The notes below the pieces were generated by a model that saw only the letters and a program-made list of their open reading frames with translations, did no database searches and had not been told where the DNA came from. From contig CAWAAG010000024.1 in NCBI GenBank assembly GCA_963780035.1, positions 96,290-160,289 on the forward strand: a DNA stretch of 64,000 nt, written 5' to 3'. The stretch is from an uncultured Acidobacteriota bacterium. GTDB lineage: Bacteria; Acidobacteriota; Terriglobia; Acidiferrales; UBA7541. Both the position numbers and the translations under genes were made by a program. Positions 37,664 through 47,282 of this stretch are shown here, one piece after another. How positions within the stretch are numbered: the first letter of the stretch is position 1; the number at the start of each line of letters is the position of its first letter.

Positions 37664-37873
37664 TGCAGATTTCCACGCGCCTGGTTCAAGCCGGATTGTC
37701 AAATCCCGGGAAACGTGCGGCGCAGGTGCCACAGCTTGCACGGAAATATCAGAGGTCAGATTCGGTTCAAAACGCCGAACTTGAAGTGAAACGAATTGGT
37801 AGCGACAGAAGTTGCGACCAGCCCGCCAACTTTATTATTCCGCGGTCCGCGGACTTGCGAATTTTAGGACGAT

Positions 37874-37907
37874 GCCGGCGCCCGAGCCCGCTGCCTCAGG
37901 CGCCGGC
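37874..37907 (-). terminator. Possible hairpin terminator downstream of the AP-superfamily gene
   Basis: 9-bp GC stem gccggcgcc/ggcgccggc with a 16-nt loop, 16 nt after the stop codon on the minus strand. Followed only by a weak A/T stretch (cctaaaatt), so weak support. Confidence 0.3.
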
Positions 37908-37922
37908 ACCGTCCCGGAGTTT

Positions 37923-40121
37923 CTACTGACCGCACCGTGCCGGGCGAATTTCACAAGCCTTCGCCTGGCCCAGCAACGCGTAGCCCTCCAGAATTATCTT
38001 CGTCGCTACCCTCTCATCGATCGGTGTTCCGTTGAACTCCGCTCCCTCGAGCATCGCCTTGATCTGCGTGGCTAGCCCGTCGCGCTCCAGGGTCCATTGC
38101 GAGATCTGATTCTCGAGGTTGTTGTAGACCGCGTCGCCGCTTGAAGTGCTCGTGATCGCATAGGTCGAAACAGCCAAAGTGCTTTCCGCGAGCTTCCCGA
38201 ACGGCGCGTTAATCTCCTTGTAGATCTGCCCAAGCTCCAGCAGCGTGTCCGAATGTGCGTGCAGGCTCTGCGGCAGGATGTTGGGATTGAGCAGTTCAAC
38301 GATGGTGCGGCCATCATGTTGGTAGTCATCCTTGAGGCCCAGCAACGTCATCATCGTTGGCCGCAAGTCCACATGGTCCGTGAAGAAATCTCGCGGCTCG
38401 GTTACGCCAAGGTTCTTTACTCCGGGCCCCACGATCCCAATGAACGTGCGCGCGATCTCCGGCTGAATGTCTCCGTGATTCCACGCGAATCCTGTGCCGA
38501 CGACCGGATCCGTGCTCCCCACCGTCTCGAAGAAGAAGTTGGGGTTGCCGAAAAACGTAAACGTCGGCTCGCGGTTGGGATCCGCGACGGTATTCATGTG
38601 CAGCAGAGGCATTGCCGCCGGGTCCACGATCGCTCCTTGGAGGTCCGGCCCCAGATCGGTTCCCAGCAAGCTCTCGCTCAATCCGGTGTGCGGATTCACC
38701 GCGCTCAGGCCCGCCATGGTTTGCTCCAGCATGCGGACGCTACTGCTGCTTGGAAGCGGCTGTCCATTTACATACGTTGTGGCAGCGTCATCAAAATGGA
38801 TCGAGTACTGCGTCGGGTCGCCGGCGGCCGCCGTAAGCCCAGCCAAATTGATGTCCAGCTCGCCCACGCCGTTCGTTCCGTACGTGCACGGCACATCCGG
38901 CACTACGTTTCCGTTACGCTCGATTTTCGCGCCGTCGCAATTCGCCGGGCTTGCTGCGCCGCCCACGAAATGGTCGCCTTCGTCCGGAGTGAAAATAAAG
39001 AGCGTGTTGCTCTGGTCGATACCCGCTTGCTTCAGGTGCAGGAAAAACGTGCCAAACGCGGCATTGTAATCCGCCAACTGCGTCACGTAAGGAGCCTCGC
39101 CGGGCCCGAACGTCCCTTCGGAAGTGATGCTTTTTTCCTCCTGGTTGTCGTGCGCGTCGGCGATGTAGGCGTACACCACCGGAATACCCTTCTTCAGCAT
39201 CGCCTCCACCACCGCCAGCGTTTGCGCCGGCGTCGGATCGAAATTCAATTGGTTGAACCCCGTCAGCGGAACTCCGTGATAATCCACGATTGTTCCCGTC
39301 GCACTTCCCGTCAGCGCGGGGTTGATGTACTTCAATCCGAAAAGCGCCTGATACCCCGAGTAACCGCCCGGTTCGTCCTCGAGCGTGTCATTCACTCCCA
39401 CCACTCCCAATGTCGGGTTTGACTGGCAGAGCGCGTCGTTCAGCGCGCAGTGGATAGACGCGCCGATGAAATCATTATTCTGGTTCGTGCTGCTCTCCAT
39501 TCCTTGCGGTGACGTTGGCCCACCGAACACCTTGTACACATCGAACGGCGCGCGCTCCAGTACGATGTTGGCCGTCGAAAAAGCGCCCACCGTGCATCCT
39601 GCGCGCGTGAACGGCACCCACGGCGCCGGCACGTTTTGCCCCGCTGGCGTCGTCAGCGCAAACGTGTTGTCGTCGGTACTGGCGTTGATATCCGACACTT
39701 TATCGGTCCAGTAGAAAAACGCAGAGGGGAACAGGCCCACTTCGCCAGTGGAGCTCGGCGAAAATACCCCAAAGCTGTTCGCGACGAAGATGCCCGTGTC
39801 GTCGGAGTACAGCCCGGTTTGCGTGGTAAGGATATCGTTCGCTGTGTGCGAGATCAGCACCGTATGGTCGCCCGCATCCAGCGTCCCATGCTGCTCGATG
39901 AAATTCAGCAGATTGGGCATTTGCTCCAGATCGGACGGCACATTCGGATTGTCGCGCGTAAAGTGGACGTTATCGAATTCGATGTACACCACATGCTTGA
40001 TTTTTCCCGAGGGAGAGTTCAGTTGGCACTGCGCGAAAGCCGAACCGGCCATCCCGGTCGCCAGCAAGACCCATCCCAGCAAATACGTAATCATGCGACC
40101 CAGTAGTTTTGCTTCATGCAT
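37923..40121 (-). CDS. Secreted alkaline-phosphatase-superfamily protein (phosphodiesterase/nucleotide pyrophosphatase-like)
   Basis: 732 aa, signal peptide (LLGWVLLATGMAGSAFAQ). IKHVVYIEFDN...MPNLLNF...SHTANDILTTQTGLY and TPDEGDH...NHGD...DLRPTMMTLLGL resemble metal/nucleophile motifs of the AP superfamily. Family-level call only. Confidence 0.6.
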   Translation of the reverse strand: MHEAKLLGRMITYLLGWVLLATGMAGSAFAQCQLNSPSGKIKHVVYIEFDNVHFTRDNPNVPSDLEQMPNLLNFIEQHGTLDAGDHTVLISHTANDILTTQTGLYSDDTGIFVANSFGVFSPSSTGEVGLFPSAFFYWTDKVSDINASTDDNTFALTTPAGQNVPAPWVPFTRAGCTVGAFSTANIVLERAPFDVYKVFGGPTSPQGMESSTNQNNDFIGASIHCALNDALCQSNPTLGVVGVNDTLEDEPGGYSGYQALFGLKYINPALTGSATGTIVDYHGVPLTGFNQLNFDPTPAQTLAVVEAMLKKGIPVVYAYIADAHDNQEEKSITSEGTFGPGEAPYVTQLADYNAAFGTFFLHLKQAGIDQSNTLFIFTPDEGDHFVGGAASPANCDGAKIERNGNVVPDVPCTYGTNGVGELDINLAGLTAAAGDPTQYSIHFDDAATTYVNGQPLPSSSSVRMLEQTMAGLSAVNPHTGLSESLLGTDLGPDLQGAIVDPAAMPLLHMNTVADPNREPTFTFFGNPNFFFETVGSTDPVVGTGFAWNHGDIQPEIARTFIGIVGPGVKNLGVTEPRDFFTDHVDLRPTMMTLLGLKDDYQHDGRTIVELLNPNILPQSLHAHSDTLLELGQIYKEINAPFGKLAESTLAVSTYAITSTSSGDAVYNNLENQISQWTLERDGLATQIKAMLEGAEFNGTPIDERVATKIILEGYALLGQAKACEIRPARCGQ

Positions 40122-40309
40122 AATTTATCCCTCCAGAATTGTGTGTTGAACTGCGGGCCCCGAGACGCGGACTCGTGGGTGTTAATGAGATACGCGGCTC
40201 GGATGACGCTACGGCCAAGGCTGGGTTAAAATTTAGTATCACCCGAACAGATGTGCGTCAAGCACGAAGGCCTTTAGATGGGATCGCCAAGGGAATCGCC
40301 TGATTCCCG

Positions 40310-40735
40310 TTATGCGCGCTGATAATACTTGGCCGTCGGCGGCCCCAGCAGCGCATAGGCGATCGCCACAAGAAGCAAAAGGTGAGGTAATCCATCCTTC
40401 CACGAATTCAGCGCCCCCGCCACCACGTGCGCAGCCACCCACGCAAGCATCAGCCAGCGAGCCCATCGCGCGCCCTTCAGCAAGAAAACTCCGGACGCGA
40501 TTCCCACGAATTCGAACAGCACGATCACCGGCATCCAACGGTCCATCGTGCCCGTCCACAAATGATACGTTGTGGCGAATACTCCCACCGCGATCATCAA
40601 CCACCCGAGAAACGAAACCTCGAACGGACGTTTGACAGCTTCCTGATCGCTCACAACGTCCTCCTCCGCTTTGCTCCCAAAGAGTTCCCGCAATCTCTGA
40701 CAAGCCGTCCCGATCCGCCAAGGGCTGCAATCCAC
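40310..40735 (-). CDS. Small hypothetical integral membrane protein
   Basis: The C-terminal ~100 aa form 3-4 clear hydrophobic helices (FLGWLMIAVGVFATTY; MPVIVLFEFVGIASGVFLL; WLMLAWVAAHVVAGAL; LLLLVAIAYALLG). Start uncertain; the overlapping alternative frame 40239-40730 is rejected. Confidence 0.4.
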   Translation of the reverse strand: MDCSPWRIGTACQRLRELFGSKAEEDVVSDQEAVKRPFEVSFLGWLMIAVGVFATTYHLWTGTMDRWMPVIVLFEFVGIASGVFLLKGARWARWLMLAWVAAHVVAGALNSWKDGLPHLLLLVAIAYALLGPPTAKYYQRA

Positions 40736-40909
40736 CGCGAATTACTTCGAATATTGATCCCGTTTCACCGGCAAGAAGTCCATACTCAGTGCGCCTCTCC
40801 GTTTCGGCGACTTAGTCATTCGCAACATCGCTACAGTATCAAAAAGCCGCGACCCGGCAACCGCGGCTCCGCTGCCTCTTTCTACGTGGCAGTGTCCGAG
40901 GAGCAGCTG

Positions 40910-41626
40910 ATGAACGACCTGCTTGATCTGGCGGTGCAAGCCCACGGCGGCCTGGCTCGTTGGAATAAGGTGGCAGCCATCCAGGTTGCCGCGTCCATCA
41001 CCGGCGCGATCTGGTTCGTAAAAGGGAAGGGCGATTTTCTCAAGAACGTCGTACTGACCGCCCAAACCCGCGCGGAACGCCTCACCGTGGATTTCCCAGG
41101 CCAGAACAAGCGCGCCACATTTCAGCCGGACCGCGTCGCAATCGAAACGGCCGAAGGAACCTTGGTCGCATCCCGCGACGATCCCGAAAAATCATTCGCA
41201 GGACAACAAAGGGAAACTCCCTGGGACGACATGCAAGTGGCCTACTTCGTCGGCGAAGCGCTTTGGACCTATCTCAATACTCCGTTCCTCTACACTCACA
41301 AAGGATTTGCCTCCGAGGAGATACCCTCCATACAGGTAGATGGCGAAACCTGGCGGCGCCTGCAGGTCACCTTCCCCGATCACGTGAAGAGCCACACCCG
41401 CCGGCAAATTTCCTGCTTCGGACCCGACGGCTTGTTGCGCCGCCACGACTACACCGTGGACATTCTCGGCGGCGCTACGGGACTCAACTACGCCTCCGAC
41501 TACCGCGATGTAGACGGCATCATTGTCCCCACCAAACGCCGCGTCTACGCCTACGAAGGCGACTATCAGCTTGTGCAAGAGCCTCTGCTCGTCGCCATAG
41601 ATATGGGCCAGATCACTTTGAATTAG
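40910..41626 (+). CDS. Hypothetical protein (no recognisable domain)
   Basis: Track ORF trimmed to the ATG at 40910, preceded by gaggag. 238 aa with balanced composition. The upstream 160 aa of the track ORF are R/P/H-rich shadow sequence opposite the membrane-protein gene. Confidence 0.55.
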   Translation: MNDLLDLAVQAHGGLARWNKVAAIQVAASITGAIWFVKGKGDFLKNVVLTAQTRAERLTVDFPGQNKRATFQPDRVAIETAEGTLVASRDDPEKSFAGQQRETPWDDMQVAYFVGEALWTYLNTPFLYTHKGFASEEIPSIQVDGETWRRLQVTFPDHVKSHTRRQISCFGPDGLLRRHDYTVDILGGATGLNYASDYRDVDGIIVPTKRRVYAYEGDYQLVQEPLLVAIDMGQITLN

Positions 41627-41728
41627 CTTCGCTGCGGTCCAGCGGCAAGCCGGAACGAAAACCGCCCCACAATCCCCAACTCCATCGCATTGGCTTCATC
41701 GCCCGTACGTGAGATTATATCGGCGCCC

Positions 41729-44518
41729 ATGGCCCTCAGCCCCGGCACGAAACTCGGCCCTTACGAAATTATTTCGCCGCTCGGCGTCGGCGGCATGGGC
41801 GAAGTGTATCGCGCCCGCGATTCCAAGCTCGCCCGCGAAGTCGCCCTCAAAGTCATCGCGCCCGAATTCGCGCATGACGAACAGCGCATGGCCCGCTTCC
41901 ACCGTGAAGCGCAAGTCCTCGCATCTCTGAATCACCCGCACATCGCCTCGATCTATGGCCTCGAAGATAGCGGCGGCATCCGCGCCCTGGTCATGGAACT
42001 CGTCGAAGGTCCCACCCTTGCTGAACGCATCAAGCAAGGCCCGCTCCCCCTCGACGAAGCCCTTCCTATCGCGCGCCAAATCGCCGAGGCTCTCGAATGC
42101 GCTCACGACCGCGGCATCGTTCACCGCGACCTCAAGCCCGCGAACATCAAGCTTACCAACGACGCCAACGTCAAAGTTCTCGACTTCGGCCTCGCCAAAG
42201 CTCTCCAAGATGACGCATCCGGAAGCGACGTCTCCAACTCTCCCACTCTCACCATGGGCTCTACCAAAGCCGGAATTATTCTCGGCACTGCCGCCTACAT
42301 GTCGCCCGAGCAAGCCAAGGGCAAGACGGCCGACCGCCGCGCCGATATCTGGTCCTTTGGCGTTGTACTGTTCGAAATGCTCACCGGCGAGCAAGCCTTC
42401 GGCGGCGAAACCGTTTCCGACTCGCTCGCGGCCATCATTAAAGACACGCCCGATTGGACGCTCCTTCCCAAAACCACGCCCGCGCGCATCCGCGAACTGC
42501 TCGCCCGCTGCCTGCAAAAAGATCCCAAGCAGCGCGTGCAAGCCATCGGCGATGCGCGCATCGCGATTGATGAAGCGATCTCGGGCGTCACCCTGGGCGG
42601 CTCCGGAATATCCGTGCTCGAAGATCGTCCGCGCGAACCCGCCGCGCCCGCGCAGAACGTCACTCCACCATGGCGTCGCCTGCTTCCCTGGGCGCTCGCC
42701 GCCGCGTTCGCTATCGCATTCCTCGTCGCTCTCGCTTCGCAATGGCAATCCTCCCGTTCACACCCGCAACGCGCAGTCGTGCTCTCCTTTCCTCTTCCCG
42801 CGGGTCAGCTCCTCGATCAAACCAACGGTCCGGCCGTCGTTATCTCTCCCGATGGCTCGCGCATCGCCTACGTCACCCTCCAGCCGGGTGCCGGCGAAGG
42901 TCAGCTTCACGTACGCGATCTGGACAAAGATTCTGCGCTGTTGCTCGATGGCGCGGGTCTGGCCGCTTCGCCCTTCTTTTCCCCGGACAGCCAGTGGATC
43001 GCCTACTTCGGCGATGGCAAATTGAAAAAAGTCTCCGTGCGTGGCGGCACTCCGATCATTCTCTGCGGCGTCAATGGCTACCGCGGCGGAGACTGGGGCG
43101 ACGACGGCACCATCGTATTCCCCACGGAGTTCACCAGCGCGATATTCCGCATTCCTGCCACGGGAGGCCAGCCGGTAGCCCTCACCCATCTGGATGCCGC
43201 GCAACACGAGATCACCCAACGCTGGCCGCAAATCCTGCCCGGCGACGAATCGGTGCTCTTCACCGCCTCCACCGACAATAATTTCTTCGGCCACGCCAAT
43301 GTGGAAGCGGCAACGTTCGCGAACGGCACGCCCAAACTGCTGGTGCAAAACGCTTACTTCGGCCGTTACCTTCCCGGCGGCTATTTAGCGTACGTCTCGC
43401 AGGGCACCGTCTTCGTCGCGCCCTTCGACGTGAAAGCACTAAAGCTAACTGGCACCGCTATTCCCGTGCTGCAAAATGTCTCGTCCGATCTTTCCAATGG
43501 CGGCGCGCAATTCGCCATCTCTCGCACCGGCACCACCGTTTTTTCCGCCGGCACTTCGCAAGACCAGGACCTCAACATCTCCTTGCTCAATCGCAAAGGC
43601 GAAGCCACGATTCTGATGAAAGACCAACCGGACGCTTCTTCGCCGCGATTTTCACCCGACGGAAAGCGCATCGCATTTCAAAAGAACAATGGCATTTGGA
43701 TTTACGACATCGCCCGTGGCATCGCCTCACCCGTCACTCTCGAGAACTCGGTGGCCAGTTACCCGGTCTGGACTCCCGACGGGAAGCGCCTCACTTATTC
43801 CCGGCCGCGCAGTTCCAGCGAGGGCACCGGCCAAGGAATTTACTGGGCACGCGCCGATGGCAGTGGCGATGAACAGCCTCTCACTCCCGACAACGTTCTC
43901 AATGCTTACCCGTCCGCTTGGTCGCCCGACGGCAAGACGCTCGCGTTCCAGCGCCTCTCACCGAAAGATGGCTCCTGCTGCGAAATCTGGACTCTCACGC
44001 TCGATAAAGACGGCAAGCCCGAAGCCCCTCGCCAGTTCGTAAATAATCAGTCTGCCGCCGGCCAGAACTACCTCACCGTGGATTTTCCGACTTTTTCTCC
44101 CGACGGGCACTGGCTGGCCTACACCGGTCAACAGTATGGCGCTCCTCAGATTTACGTCGTGCCCTATCCCGGTCCGGGAGGGAAGTGGCAAATCTCTTCG
44201 CAACTTGGCTGGGAGGCACATTGGGCCAGGAATGGCCGCGAACTTTTTTTCGCCACAGGTACCCAGATGGTCTCGGTCCCGTACACGGCCGACAAGGGCG
44301 TGTTTCAGCCTGGAAAACCGCAAATGCTCTTCGAAGACCGCTTCGAGCTGCGCCAGCCGTACCCTTCCTACGACGTTTCCCCGGATGACCAGCACTTCGT
44401 CATGTTCCAATCCGGCAGCGGAAGGCAATCAGTCACAACTCCTACCACCGTTATCCTCAACTGGCTAACCCAAGTCCGCGACCAACTCGCCTCAGCCCAA
44501 GCCGACGCCGTGAAATAA
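41729..44518 (+). CDS. Serine/threonine protein kinase with TM anchor and C-terminal TolB-like (WD40-like beta-propeller) repeats
   Basis: Start at the ATG at 41729 (MALSPGTKLGPYEIISPLGVGGMGEVY). Hanks motifs VALK, HRDLKPANI, DFGLAK and SPEQ. TM at ~residue 330. Repeated (F)SPDG(K/S)(R/W)(I/L)A(F/Y) propeller blades. Confidence 0.85.
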   Translation: MALSPGTKLGPYEIISPLGVGGMGEVYRARDSKLAREVALKVIAPEFAHDEQRMARFHREAQVLASLNHPHIASIYGLEDSGGIRALVMELVEGPTLAERIKQGPLPLDEALPIARQIAEALECAHDRGIVHRDLKPANIKLTNDANVKVLDFGLAKALQDDASGSDVSNSPTLTMGSTKAGIILGTAAYMSPEQAKGKTADRRADIWSFGVVLFEMLTGEQAFGGETVSDSLAAIIKDTPDWTLLPKTTPARIRELLARCLQKDPKQRVQAIGDARIAIDEAISGVTLGGSGISVLEDRPREPAAPAQNVTPPWRRLLPWALAAAFAIAFLVALASQWQSSRSHPQRAVVLSFPLPAGQLLDQTNGPAVVISPDGSRIAYVTLQPGAGEGQLHVRDLDKDSALLLDGAGLAASPFFSPDSQWIAYFGDGKLKKVSVRGGTPIILCGVNGYRGGDWGDDGTIVFPTEFTSAIFRIPATGGQPVALTHLDAAQHEITQRWPQILPGDESVLFTASTDNNFFGHANVEAATFANGTPKLLVQNAYFGRYLPGGYLAYVSQGTVFVAPFDVKALKLTGTAIPVLQNVSSDLSNGGAQFAISRTGTTVFSAGTSQDQDLNISLLNRKGEATILMKDQPDASSPRFSPDGKRIAFQKNNGIWIYDIARGIASPVTLENSVASYPVWTPDGKRLTYSRPRSSSEGTGQGIYWARADGSGDEQPLTPDNVLNAYPSAWSPDGKTLAFQRLSPKDGSCCEIWTLTLDKDGKPEAPRQFVNNQSAAGQNYLTVDFPTFSPDGHWLAYTGQQYGAPQIYVVPYPGPGGKWQISSQLGWEAHWARNGRELFFATGTQMVSVPYTADKGVFQPGKPQMLFEDRFELRQPYPSYDVSPDDQHFVMFQSGSGRQSVTTPTTVILNWLTQVRDQLASAQADAVK

Positions 44519-44648
44519 TCCGCCCCTTCCGCGCCCCCTATAAACGAACAGCCCCGTCGCCGGATTTCACCGTGACGGGGCCTTCATCCAGCATAGTCGC
44601 TGCTACTAAGCTGCTTTCGAAATAACGCTTGCCCTCGAGCCGGAGCGG

Positions 44649-46016
44649 TTACCGGCCTCCATCAAAATCAAACTGCACCGCCGGCAGTACCTGCATGTGC
44701 TCCTTCTGCACGGCCTGCAATGCGTTCGGATCCAGTCCCAAAGCCTCCAGAATCGTCGGAGCGATCTGCAGCGTCTCCACCGGGCTGGTGACGGTCTTGG
44801 GAGCGAAGTTTGGATTCGAGAGCAGCATTATCACGTTCACGTCGTCGTGCGCGAAACCGCCGTGCTCGGCTAATTTCTTGCTGCTGCCGGAATACGTAAC
44901 GCCCACGTTCGGCGTAACCAGAATATCCGGCGTGCGTGGGTCGCCTTCGGGCGGCAATCCCGGCGCGTTGAATATCTGGCTGATCCCCGGCCCCCAGAAA
45001 ATCTGGCCGATGCCCGCGATATTTCCCGTCGCCGGCGACTGCGTTTCCAGCATCGTCACCGCGCTTTCCGTCGTGCACTTGCTGTTGAGCCAAATCAACG
45101 AAACGTCATCCTCGGTCGGCCCAATTCCCGTCGGATTCGACGGCGATTCCGATAGCGGCAAGCAACCGTCATTGTCCAGAATCGTCGCCGGCGAAGTCGT
45201 CACCGGTCCGCTCGCCGCGATCCCCGTGTAGCGCGCAGAATCCACCGGACTCTGCCCGTGCTTCGCCGATATTACGATCAACGTCGAATCCAGCAGCCCC
45301 CGTGCTTTCAACGCTGCGACCATCTTGCCGATCGCAGCATCCGCGAATTGGATTTCGCTCAGCAGGGAAGCCGTGGGCGTCCCCTCAGCGTCCTCGTACC
45401 CGCCCTTCAGGCTCAGCGACTTCTCAATCAGCTTCTGTCCCACGCTGACCGCCTGAAAATTCATGCCAAATAGCGCCGGCGTCGGAGCGGACGACGAACC
45501 ATTGTGCTTCTTGCCATTGATCTCGTGCAGAATTGCGTTCACTTTCAGAGTGTCGTAGCACTGGATGTTCTGGAAGCTGTCCGTCCACGCATTCGACGAG
45601 GTCGCCGCGCCCGGATCCGGCAGCGGGTTGCATCCCGACACTCCCGGCAGATTCACCGGGATCGAATTGATGTCCGGCGAATAGTAATCGTCCACGTTGT
45701 TGCCCTTGCCTGGGCCGGAGACCGCGGAATACGAAGGATGCTTGTCGGACCACGCCGTATAGCCGCCCGCTGCGTGTACCACTCCAAAAATCGTGTTCGT
45801 CCGCACAAAATTCCACGGATACACCGGCGCGCATCCGTTCGCCGGGTCGCGTACCAGCCTGTCCGGATCAATCGAAGCGATCCCGCCGTCTCCGGTGGCC
45901 GCTCCGCCATTCAGTTTTGTCTGATCTATATCAGTCCCTTCGTCATATTCCGTCGTCGTGCCGGGGAATACGCCGGGCGTGCAAGTGCCGCCGGCCACTC
46001 CGTTGCCTGTCGTCAC
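44649..46016 (-). pseudogene. Alkaline-phosphatase-superfamily gene, apparently 5'-truncated/decaying
   Basis: 455-aa frame with AP-superfamily C-terminal motifs (VISAKHGQSP; EHGGFAHDD; QIAPTILEALGL), but no signal peptide or N-terminal metal/nucleophile segment. The only start is a GTG. An in-frame TAG at 46044-46046 is followed upstream by further stops. 379 bp upstream carry no ORF, yet a signal-peptide-like mini-ORF starts at 46285 in another frame. Confidence 0.5.
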
Positions 46017-46395
46017 CTTCGGCGGTGCCAGCGACCGGTCATCCTATTGTGGAACTGAGCTAGTTCCGGACCAATCAGGTGGACCAACACGAGTGACAAG
46101 TATGCTGAGGTGCAAACCTTAGCGGATCGGACAAAGCGGATGGTAAACGCGGTGTGACTTCCCGGCTAAAAAATGGCGACTAATGTTCGGCGGGTCTTAA
46201 TTCAATTCTTCGCGGGATGATCGCAGCGAAAGCTGGTGGCGGGTAAAAACAAACAGAACAGAAGTTCCACGGAGCCCGTTCTCATCGCAAAGCCACAGGC
46301 GATCTCCATGTCTCCCTGATCTCAATGCATTTCCTCCGCGAACTCTCCAGTAATCGGTTGCCTTTCCCAAACCCCAAACCCGGCGCGATCAATCT

Positions 46396-47124
46396 CTACT
46401 CCGCCAGCTGCAATTGAATGCTGGTGCTGGCGTCCACTTGCGCACCGCGCGGCGGCGTCTGTCCCACCACGGTCCCATGCAATCCCCCAGGCAAAGGCGC
46501 AAACGTCAGTTTCGCCACCTTCAACCCCGTCCCGCTGAATCTGGCTTCCGCTTCGCTCAAAGAAAGCCCGATCAGTTCCGGCATCACGTACGACGCCGGC
46601 CGCGCTCCCAGCGACACCAGCAAATCCACGTGCGGACTGGTCACGTGCGAAGTCCCCGGCGCCGGATCCTGCTGCAATACGTCGCCGCTCTCATATCCGG
46701 GCAAGTACGCGCTGGAAATTTCGCCCACCTGCATTCCCCCGCGCAGCAATTCAATGCGCGCCGCGCGCACGCTGCGCTCCGTCAGCGCCGGAATCGTCGC
46801 CTGCTGCGGCCCCAAACTGATCAGCACGTGCGCCGATTGCCCCACCTTCACTTTCATCCCCGGAGGTGGCGTCTGCCGCATCACCGTATCCACCGCCGCA
46901 GAATTGTACAGCCGGTCCTCCACCTTGATCCCCAACCCGCGCCCCTGCAACATCTGCTGCGCCTCGATGGCTTTCTTGCCCACCACATCCGGCATCGTCA
47001 CTTCGCGCCCCTGAATAGCAAAACGCATCGCTGTAAGCGCGCTCAAAAACGCCACCGACGCCAAAACAAACGCCAGCAAAGCCAAGCGAAAAATCCATTC
47101 CAATCGTTCCCGAAAAGTCATCAT
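46396..47124 (-). CDS. PASTA-domain protein (N-terminal TM anchor + three PASTA repeats, no kinase or transpeptidase domain)
   Basis: 242 aa. TM LALLAFVLASVAFLSALTA. Three ~65-aa repeats: MPDVVGK..EAQQML...V; IPALTERSVRAARIEL...; MPELIGLSLSEAEARF.... Confidence 0.8.
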   Translation of the reverse strand: MMTFRERLEWIFRLALLAFVLASVAFLSALTAMRFAIQGREVTMPDVVGKKAIEAQQMLQGRGLGIKVEDRLYNSAAVDTVMRQTPPPGMKVKVGQSAHVLISLGPQQATIPALTERSVRAARIELLRGGMQVGEISSAYLPGYESGDVLQQDPAPGTSHVTSPHVDLLVSLGARPASYVMPELIGLSLSEAEARFSGTGLKVAKLTFAPLPGGLHGTVVGQTPPRGAQVDASTSIQLQLAE

Positions 47125-47192
47125 TTTTCCCGCGCGGAAGCGCCACCCGAATTATATGTCTTCTCCCCCAATCTCCGCCTTTCTCCGTTTTT

Positions 47193-47278
47193 CTCTGTGT
47201 CCTCTGTGTTAAATCTTTTGCCGTTAGGTTTTCTCTGCGTACTCTGCGAACTCTGCGTCTCTGCGGTAATCCTCTGCG
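47193..47278. repeat. Run of seven ctctg(t/c)g heptamers
   Basis: Copies at 47193, 47202, 47233, 47242, 47251, 47259 and 47272, in the rsmB-PASTA spacer. The same motif family occurs at 48682-48847. Confidence 0.8.
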
Positions 47279-47282
47279 ATGT

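Noticed and set aside
40239-40730. Alternative 163-aa minus-strand ORF overlapping the small membrane-protein gene.
   Set aside because: Its translation is Gly/Arg-rich without hydrophobic helices. The other frame (40310-40735) gives clean TM segments.
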